Sequence record: KC710998
Length of the DNA: 51,821 nt
Origin: Shigella phage pSf-1
Strand: one strand, 5' to 3'
This document shows, in pieces, positions 45,791 through 51,821 of this stretch (its first letter is position 1; every line of letters begins with the position of its first letter). A model generated the notes under the pieces. The model saw only the letters and a list, made by a program, of their open reading frames with translations. It had not been told where the DNA came from and searched no databases. The position numbers were made by a program, and so were the translations under genes.

Positions 45791-45834
45791 ACTATACACG
45801 ATCTTGCGGTTGGCGTTTAGCAAAAAGTGCTATT
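45791..45834 (-). promoter_or_regulatory. conserved promoter cassette (minus strand, variant ATAGCACTTTTTGCTAAAC + TATAGT)
   Basis: motif + 18 nt + TATAGT + CAACAACAACGAAGGAG leader. Confidence 0.55.
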
Positions 45835-46259
45835 CTTGTTCTTTTTGTTATCCGGTGTTCTCAAATCTGCGGAGTCTTAAATTTAGCTCAAAAAGCGAAC
45901 AACAATAGAGCGCAATACATACAGATAATATATATACATACATATAAATCAATAAGTTAGTAGTATATATATTCATGTTTGTTCTTTATTGTTATCTATG
46001 TTTTGTGTGATTTTGTGTGTCTGGTGATTTTTCTGTGATTGTGCATGTGTCATTGGTTATGTGTGTCTATATATCTATATCCGGCGCAAATTGAGGAACA
46101 AGAGAACAAAAGATAACAAGGATATTTATCAATCACTTACATGTAAGTTTTGTTATCTAAGTTGGCTATAACGTTGTTAGAACAGAAAAAACAAAATAAC
46201 TATTGACTAAACGCATCAAATAGCTACAATGCAGACATACCAACCAATGAGGGCAAATC
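45835..46259. repeat. noncoding AT-rich island with TGTTATC/GATAACA iterons, TATA-repeats and GTGATT/GTGTG repeats
   Basis: copies of TGTTATC at about 45845, 45990, 46151; GATAACA at 46113; TATATATACATACATATAAAT tract; no ORF of 60 aa or more. Confidence 0.6.
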
Positions 46260-47321
46260 ATGAATAAGTTTATGGCGTACACCAGCGAAGAAATGAGCAA
46301 TGAGCTTTATCACGATCCAGAAGCGTGGACGGCTGATTATGTTAGTGGATCAAGCCTTGCAGAGATTTACAGCACATGCCCGGCGGCGTGGAAGTTCAAG
46401 CCGCGCGACGACAAGAGCAAGGCGCTAGTTTTCGGTACGCAGTCGCATACCAACTTTGAAAGCAAGGAGCTTTTCGAAAAAACATATCGCCGTGCGCCAG
46501 CGCCAGAAGACTTTAAGGATCTGATAACCAGCCAAACGGCGCTTGCTGCAAAGCTAAAATCATTTGGCCTGAAAGGTACAACAGGAAAGACTTACCCTGA
46601 ACTTATAAAAATGTTGGTTGACTGCGGAGAAGACCTTAACGTCATGTGGTTAATCGACATGATCGCAGAAAGTCAGGCCAGGGCTGACGGCGTGCAGCTA
46701 ATCGAATCTAAAGATTACGATGCGTGCGTGGCAATGCGCCAGGTTCTGGAATCAATACCTGAACATAACGCATGTATGAATAGCAAGACAGCACAACGTG
46801 AATTATCGTTGTTCGGTGAAATCAACGGCGTAAAAGTCAAAGTGCGATGCGATCACGTTGACGTAACGAAGAACGTAACAGCAACTTTGATTGATGGTTA
46901 CGATGAAAAAGGACAGCCGATTTGCCGCGATATTATTTATCCAGAGGCGATTGTGATCACTGACTACAAAACAACGATGAGCGCTAATCCGGCTGAGTTT
47001 ATGCGCCTGGCCTACAATCACGGCTATTATCTGAAAATGGCGTTGCAATGTGATTTATTCAGGAAAGCGTATCCAGAAGAAAAGCGACCTATAGTTGTGC
47101 GCCTGTTAGCGCAAGAGAAGAAAGAGCCTTACTTGCCGTTAGCTTTCCGCATGAACAGCGAGCAATTGAAGATCGGGCGCATTCAGTACATGAGCGTAAT
47201 TAACCAGTTTGCCATGTGCCAGCAACATGACGTTTGGCCTTCGTATTCAAACGGTGAGCCGGAGGTTTGCCTTGATACTCCTGATTGGGTGCGACGCCAG
47301 TTTAAGCAATATCTTATTTAA
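46260..47321 (+). CDS. PD-(D/E)xK family exonuclease (recombination exonuclease candidate)
   Basis: ITDYKTT motif (RecB/Cas4-like nuclease motif); upstream of Erf and SSB. Confidence 0.5.
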   Translation: MNKFMAYTSEEMSNELYHDPEAWTADYVSGSSLAEIYSTCPAAWKFKPRDDKSKALVFGTQSHTNFESKELFEKTYRRAPAPEDFKDLITSQTALAAKLKSFGLKGTTGKTYPELIKMLVDCGEDLNVMWLIDMIAESQARADGVQLIESKDYDACVAMRQVLESIPEHNACMNSKTAQRELSLFGEINGVKVKVRCDHVDVTKNVTATLIDGYDEKGQPICRDIIYPEAIVITDYKTTMSANPAEFMRLAYNHGYYLKMALQCDLFRKAYPEEKRPIVVRLLAQEKKEPYLPLAFRMNSEQLKIGRIQYMSVINQFAMCQQHDVWPSYSNGEPEVCLDTPDWVRRQFKQYLI

Positions 47322-47402
47322 ACAGCACAAATAGCTAAACAAATGAAAAATGCGGTGTTATAATTCACCGCATAAGTTAACAGCAAGAGTAAGGAAATAA
47401 AC

Positions 47403-47681
47403 ATGGAAAACAAACAAGTGTCAGAGGTGGCAGTTCATATCAATAATTTTGCAACTGGCATGGCTATGTTGCTTCGTGATTTTGTAGCGCCGCTTGATCC
47501 AACGGCAGGCGCAGAAGAGATGGAGTACATCAGAAAAGTAATTGATGCAGTCGATAACGTCGTACTTGTTGCAACAATGAGCGAAGACAACGAGGAAGCA
47601 ATCAAGGCGGTAAAAGAAAGTTCTGATCGCATGATGGAAAATCTGATTAAATTACACACCAAAGAAGAAACAAAACATTAA
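47403..47681 (+). CDS. hypothetical protein
   Basis: ORF track; AAGGAAATAAAC RBS. Confidence 0.4.
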   Translation: MENKQVSEVAVHINNFATGMAMLLRDFVAPLDPTAGAEEMEYIRKVIDAVDNVVLVATMSEDNEEAIKAVKESSDRMMENLIKLHTKEETKH

Positions 47682-47726
47682 CAGCAATAAGGCGGCTAAA
47701 GCCGCCATTAATTACGGGAATTAATC

Positions 47727-48383
47727 ATGAAACTATCAGAGCAATTCGACAAGGTTTTACCAGCACTGCATAAGGCGCGCAGTTTGTTTGTAAAGGTTAA
47801 GAAGGATAAGCAAAATACACACTTAAAAAACCGTTACGCGACACTTGATTCCGTTCTTGATGCAATCACTCCAGCACTCAACGATAACGAGCTAATGTTG
47901 ATGCAGGATATGATTGAAAGCGAACAACCTAACAGAATCAAGGTTGAGACAACAGTTCTTCATGTTTCCGGTCAGTGGGTTAAATTCTATGCTGAATTAC
48001 CAATAGTTAAAAACGATCCTCAAGGTGTCGGATCTGCATTCACATACGCGCGTCGTTATGCAGCCGCCGCAGCATTTGGCTTAAGCCAGGCAGACGATGA
48101 CGCACAGATTGCCGTTAAATCTGCAAACGACTGGAAGCGTGACATTGAGAAATGCGAAAGCGTAAACGAATTGCAAGAAGTGCTTAAATCAGCATGGAAG
48201 GCAAGCGATCCGGCAAGCAAGCAGGTAATTAAAGAGCATTACGAAAAACGCAAGGCAGAGCTTGAGATCGGAAAAGCACGAGGATTTAATCCAGCGCAAC
48301 CAAAGCAAAATCTTGCATCACCAGAAGTTGACACAAAAAACGACGAGCAAGTAAAATCACAAAGTATCACTGATTTTGAATAA
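47727..48383 (+). CDS. erf: Erf-like single-strand annealing protein
   Basis: size and composition; context exonuclease-Erf-SSB. Confidence 0.5.
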   Translation: MKLSEQFDKVLPALHKARSLFVKVKKDKQNTHLKNRYATLDSVLDAITPALNDNELMLMQDMIESEQPNRIKVETTVLHVSGQWVKFYAELPIVKNDPQGVGSAFTYARRYAAAAAFGLSQADDDAQIAVKSANDWKRDIEKCESVNELQEVLKSAWKASDPASKQVIKEHYEKRKAELEIGKARGFNPAQPKQNLASPEVDTKNDEQVKSQSITDFE

Positions 48384-48390
48384 TTGACAT

Positions 48391-48412
48391 GGGGCGCTTG
48401 CGCCCCTTTCTT
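48391..48412 (+). terminator. putative terminator
   Basis: GGGGCG-cttg-CGCCCC followed by TTTCTT. Confidence 0.45.
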
Positions 48413-48427
48413 ACAGGAGTATAAAAC

Positions 48428-48880
48428 ATGCATATTATTACTGGTGAGATCCGAAAAGAGCCGCGAGTAAAGCAAATGCCTAACGGCAGCACACTTTATG
48501 TGGTTGAACTTTCAGAGCGATACAAAGATAAAGATGGAAACTGGCAATATACAAACTACAGTTTCTTTTTTAATGCTAAAACAGAAGGACTTAAGGGTTG
48601 GTATGATGAGGCGTTCCAGGTTGGCAAGGTTATTTCTGTATCTTGCGACACGCTGCGCATTGAAACGCGTGAATATAACGGAAAGATGTATTCAAGTTTA
48701 ATGCCAGGAGGATTTGCAAATCTTATCTTCAGTCAGCGCGGGGAAAGTCAGCAACAATATCAGCAGCGAACGCAAGGGGGATGGGGCCAACCACAACAAC
48801 AGAATCAACCGCAACAACCGCAACAGCCAAGACAAAGCAATCAACCTCCTATGGACTTTGACGACGACATTCCTTTCTGA
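48428..48880 (+). CDS. ssb: single-stranded DNA-binding protein
   Basis: C-terminal acidic tail DFDDDIPF identical to canonical SSB tip; Gln/Pro/Gly-rich linker. Confidence 0.8.
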   Translation: MHIITGEIRKEPRVKQMPNGSTLYVVELSERYKDKDGNWQYTNYSFFFNAKTEGLKGWYDEAFQVGKVISVSCDTLRIETREYNGKMYSSLMPGGFANLIFSQRGESQQQYQQRTQGGWGQPQQQNQPQQPQQPRQSNQPPMDFDDDIPF

Positions 48881-48885
48881 TCAAC

Positions 48886-48908
48886 AAAGGGGCATTACGC
48901 CCCTTTTT
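48886..48908 (+). terminator. rho-independent terminator
   Basis: GGGGC-attac-GCCCC + T5. Confidence 0.55.
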
Positions 48909-49152
48909 CACTTTCAGCCATCCCAAGCACGGCAATAACCTTAACAGCAATTCGCTTTGCAAGTTCAGTTTGATGAGCGTTAAGTTTTCCAGTGGTCATT
49001 ATTGACAACATTCCGCTCATACTTCCAAGCCCGTTAAAATCTGACATTGCCGATTTCATGATTGATATTGGTGAGTGACCTTCATCAGCTATTGTGTGCG
49101 CTCTCTCTGACAAGTCTTTAACTACCTGATCAATTCCTTCACTTTTCGTCAT
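48895..49152 (-). CDS. hypothetical protein
   Basis: ORF track. Confidence 0.35.
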   Translation of the reverse strand: MTKSEGIDQVVKDLSERAHTIADEGHSPISIMKSAMSDFNGLGSMSGMLSIMTTGKLNAHQTELAKRIAVKVIAVLGMAESEKGA

Positions 49153-49630
49153 TTGCTTTTCCTTCAGGAGTTGATTGCTGTTCTGGCATTACAGGCCACG
49201 GGCTAATTGATTCCCTTTCTGCTACTGCCTTTTCAGGTTCAATTCCTAAAAACTTTCCTACAAACTCACCAACAAAATTTGAGCTATCGCTTACATAAAC
49301 ATGCATCCTGTCTAGATCTGCAACAGTAACGCTATTTGGTGCGATCATGATCCTCTGTTGGTGAAAACCGATATACATCACATTAGCCGGACGCTCAAGA
49401 GTTCCCATATTTGGCGCAATTACGCCCATTATCCAACAATAATGAATGTTGCCATCAAGAGGTTCACATCCTGCGTTAAGCCAGTTTACTTTCTGGTGTG
49501 GGAATGCCATTGATGAATCAGTAGCATCACGCCGTAACGACCATTTAACGCCGCCAATCTCAATGATTTGTTTCGGCCTCATTCCGTTGAATTGAGTCAC
49601 GCCAGCGCCATTTTGATTAATGTTTTGCAT
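49139..49630 (-). CDS. hypothetical protein
   Basis: ORF track. Confidence 0.4.
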   Translation of the reverse strand: MQNINQNGAGVTQFNGMRPKQIIEIGGVKWSLRRDATDSSMAFPHQKVNWLNAGCEPLDGNIHYCWIMGVIAPNMGTLERPANVMYIGFHQQRIMIAPNSVTVADLDRMHVYVSDSSNFVGEFVGKFLGIEPEKAVAERESISPWPVMPEQQSTPEGKANDEK

Positions 49631-49644
49631 ATCGGTTAACCTTT

Positions 49645-49968
49645 TTACATTGATTTCATTTTACGCAATGCGCAGATACAAGCGGCAGCAAGATCGGTTA
49701 ATTCTTTCTCTATGCCATGATGCGAGCCGTCTGCCTTTTCGGTCATTAGCTCTTTGTATTCCATTTCTACAATCAACATTAAGCCGCCTGGCTTGTCAAT
49801 GTGCGCGTCCCAGGTCTTAGGATAGTGCTTAGTTCTTTCCATAACACTTCCCATAACTGAATCATGTTTGCTATCTCGCTCATAATCATCATCATGATCA
49901 TCACTCCCTATTGAAACTCGCGGCAAATGAATGCGCGGTATTTTATAGCCAGCATAACGGATCTTCAT
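49645..49968 (-). CDS. hypothetical protein
   Basis: ORF track. Confidence 0.4.
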   Translation of the reverse strand: MKIRYAGYKIPRIHLPRVSIGSDDHDDDYERDSKHDSVMGSVMERTKHYPKTWDAHIDKPGGLMLIVEMEYKELMTEKADGSHHGIEKELTDLAAACICALRKMKSM

Positions 49969-50017
49969 TATCTCGCCCTCTTGATGAAAAGCGCCCCGAA
50001 AGGCGCTTGATTTATTA

Positions 50018-50719
50018 TCAGCCGCAACAGCCAGTAGGCGGAGTCTGAGGAGTAGGCAACTTGAAGTTTACCAATTGCTCTACCTGGTTGATTTTGCAAT
50101 TCAGTGCGGCGGTCTGGTTTGCCTGAGAAAGAGCAAAACGAGCCTCCTGCAACTGAGCTTTCATATCGCAAATCAGAACAGCCTGAGAATCAGCGAACTG
50201 TTGACGAATCAGATCTCGCGTTGCGTTACCTTGTCGCTCAATGTTCAGGTTAGTCTCGCAGCAACATCTCTCCGCTGCAATCTGTGCCTGATAGGAACGC
50301 TCAAGAGCATTAACATCAGCAGCATTAATTGCAGCAACCGTCTGGTTAGTACCGCTAACAATCGCGGTATTCAGTCCGGCGAAACCTTGCACCGATGCAA
50401 GCAGGTTTTGCGTATTCTGGCTGGTAATGCCGTTAAAGGTTGATGCGGCGGAGCGCTCAACGGTAAGGTTTGTGGAGTTTTGGCCTTGCAGAGTTTGCAG
50501 CCCCAGGTTGTTTACGCCTGTCTGGATGTTGTTAATACCATCAAGAACAGCGTTAGCACCGACAGCAACAGCAGCACCATCACCACCATAACCGCCGCGA
50601 CCATTAAAGCCGTTACCAAACCATGACCCAATCAGGCCACCAACAGCACCGCCAAGACCAGCCGCGCCAGCTTCGCCACCAAAACCACCACCAGTAGGGA
50701 GTAAAGTCATATCTGACAT
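50018..50719 (-). CDS. glycine-rich protein with Cys cluster (function unknown)
   Basis: N-terminal GGGFGGEAGAAGLGGAVGG...GRGGYGG low-complexity region, internal CCC and C-terminal GCCG; AGAGGAA RBS. Confidence 0.45.
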   Translation of the reverse strand: MSDMTLLPTGGGFGGEAGAAGLGGAVGGLIGSWFGNGFNGRGGYGGDGAAVAVGANAVLDGINNIQTGVNNLGLQTLQGQNSTNLTVERSAASTFNGITSQNTQNLLASVQGFAGLNTAIVSGTNQTVAAINAADVNALERSYQAQIAAERCCCETNLNIERQGNATRDLIRQQFADSQAVLICDMKAQLQEARFALSQANQTAALNCKINQVEQLVNFKLPTPQTPPTGCCG

Positions 50720-50854
50720 AGTAAATTCCTCTTTGACGTTAAAAAAATTAAAAAAAAGTTTGCAACATTTATGTTACGACAAAGAGTATGCGCCCAATTA
50801 CCATGAATAGATATAAAATATTTGTAAGCAATATGTAAGCAACTAGCATAAAGA

Positions 50855-50883
50855 CGAAAAAAAGCGCAGCATGAGCCGCGCTT
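50855..50883 (-). terminator. rho-independent terminator downstream of tail fiber gene
   Basis: AAGCGC...GCGCTT hairpin, followed on minus strand by T-run. Confidence 0.55.
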
Positions 50884-50898
50884 GAGTTAAAAATATTG

Positions 50899-51821
50899 TT
50901 ATTTATTGAGCAGTGCAGCAACAGCCGCCTTTAATTCGTCTATCTCCTTTTGCTGGTTTTCGATCATTCCTCCCATGTAAACCATAGCGCAAGCCATATC
51001 AGCCATGATCACGTTGTTGTCAAGAGCAAGCGTATCATCTGCTTTGTCAACCACAATTTGACGATCTACATATTCTTCACCTTCATCATTAACGCCTATA
51101 ACATCTGCAAAAATGTCCCCGCCAGGTATTAGCTTTACATATTCAGGATCTATTTTTAGCAGATCCTGAGCTATCATCCCAAATCGCTGAATGTTGCTTC
51201 CATTGTATTTAAACATTGTCGGAAGCCACTGCATAACGCGATCATAGCTTTCCTTTCCATCTGTATAAATTATATCGTGCTTCAAATCTCTGTCAGAGTT
51301 AGCGGCCTTTTGAAAAATGAAATTTCCACTTGATGACCATGTGGTTATATCGTTTGAGGCTGGCTGAAACTGGAAGTTACAGAAAAAATTACCATCACCA
51401 CGAAGTCTTAATGAGCAAAAAGGCCAAGCATTATTTCCCTGTGGGATAAGACCCCAAGTTGCACGAATTGGATAACCACCAGTTGATTGTGTACCCCATG
51501 AAAGGCCAGGCGCCCATCCACCGTCATTGTTAGGGATAATCTCGCCCCAAACAAGAGCATTACCCCAATAGTTAGGATCATCCATCCATTTGTTGGGTTT
51601 TGCCAGTGTATTGAGCAGAATGCGTTCTGCCGTCAGGGTAAAACTTGTGCATATAGCTTTGCACACCATGTTTATACAGTTCAATCCCAAACGACTCAAT
51701 TTGTGCAGCACCGCCTCTGATCAAACCAGCGATAGCGTAATCGCTATACCAGTTGTAACGACTTACACCAGTCCATGAGTTCATTGGTGGATTCATGATT
51801 GAATATAGTTGTGACGGATTG
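50899..51821 (-). CDS. tail fiber protein, C-terminal part with S74-type intramolecular chaperone domain (frame disrupted near 51580-51715)
   Basis: SDRDLKHDIIYTDG... autoproteolytic chaperone-like motif in ORF 50899..51711; upstream ORF 51578..51796 is in frame with the minus-strand ORF at 1..1208 if window ends are joined. Confidence 0.5.

Noticed and set aside
1-51821. tRNA genes, rRNA genes, CRISPR arrays
   Set aside because: No T-loop-like GGTTCGAATCC-type motifs or cloverleaf-sized noncoding segments noticed; no repeat-spacer array with regular 28-37 bp repeats; the only periodic repeats are the 6-7 bp iterons and the promoter cassettes. tRNAscan-type software would be needed to fully exclude tRNAs.
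1-51821. Prophage/temperate lifestyle (integrase, CI repressor, attachment site)
   Set aside because: No tyrosine or serine recombinase-like ORF and no CI/Cro switch recognised; the gene content (Erf, SSB, Dam, SAR endolysin, unimolecular spanin, lambda-like tail) fits a virulent T1-like phage. The HTH protein at 2296..2769 is more likely a replication-module regulator.

Overview
The window reads as a near-complete genome of a virulent, T1-like (Drexlerviridae-type) siphovirus of enterobacteria, probably circularly permuted; the family assignment is an inference from gene content, not from any database search. No integrase, CI-type repressor, tRNA, rRNA or CRISPR array was seen. Recognisable modules: (i) replication and DNA modification at 1.3-8.0 kb: P4-type primase, HTH regulator, SF2 helicase, VRR-NUC nuclease, Dam-like N6-adenine methyltransferase, HTH-metallophosphoesterase; (ii) lysis cassette at 8.2-9.3 kb: small holin, SAR-type lysozyme, unimolecular spanin; (iii) minus-strand early cluster at 9.3-16.3 kb: DUF3987-like P-loop ATPase, HNH-AP2 homing endonuclease, C5-cytosine-methyltransferase-like gene, many small ORFs; (iv) plus-strand early cluster at 17-25 kb: HAD phosphatase, P-loop kinase, many small ORFs; (v) packaging and morphogenesis at 25-44.5 kb: TerS, TerL, portal, Mu-F-like head protein, scaffold/protease, capsid, lambda-like tail genes (major tail, G/GT chaperone with -1 frameshift, tape measure, M, L, K, I, J); (vi) a minus-strand candidate receptor-binding protein plus Llp/Cor-like lipoprotein; (vii) recombination genes: PD-(D/E)xK exonuclease, Erf, SSB; (viii) a minus-strand tail-fiber operon that runs across the window ends. 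The most striking feature is a standardised promoter-leader cassette (ATAGCACTTTTTGTTAAAAC, about 18 nt of often palindromic GC-rich spacer, a TATAAT-like hexamer, then a CATCGAAACGA-AGGAG leader) present in about 19 copies, always between genes and mostly in the orientation of the downstream gene. Two AT-rich, TGTTAT-iteron-rich noncoding islands sit at the two divergent-transcription junctions. Several conserved genes (TerS, portal, tail fiber, C5-MTase-like) are split by apparent single-base frameshifts. Coordinates of non-ORF features were read by hand and may be off by 1-2 nt; ORF coordinates follow the supplied track, with starts adjusted where an ATG with a Shine-Dalgarno sequence was visible.
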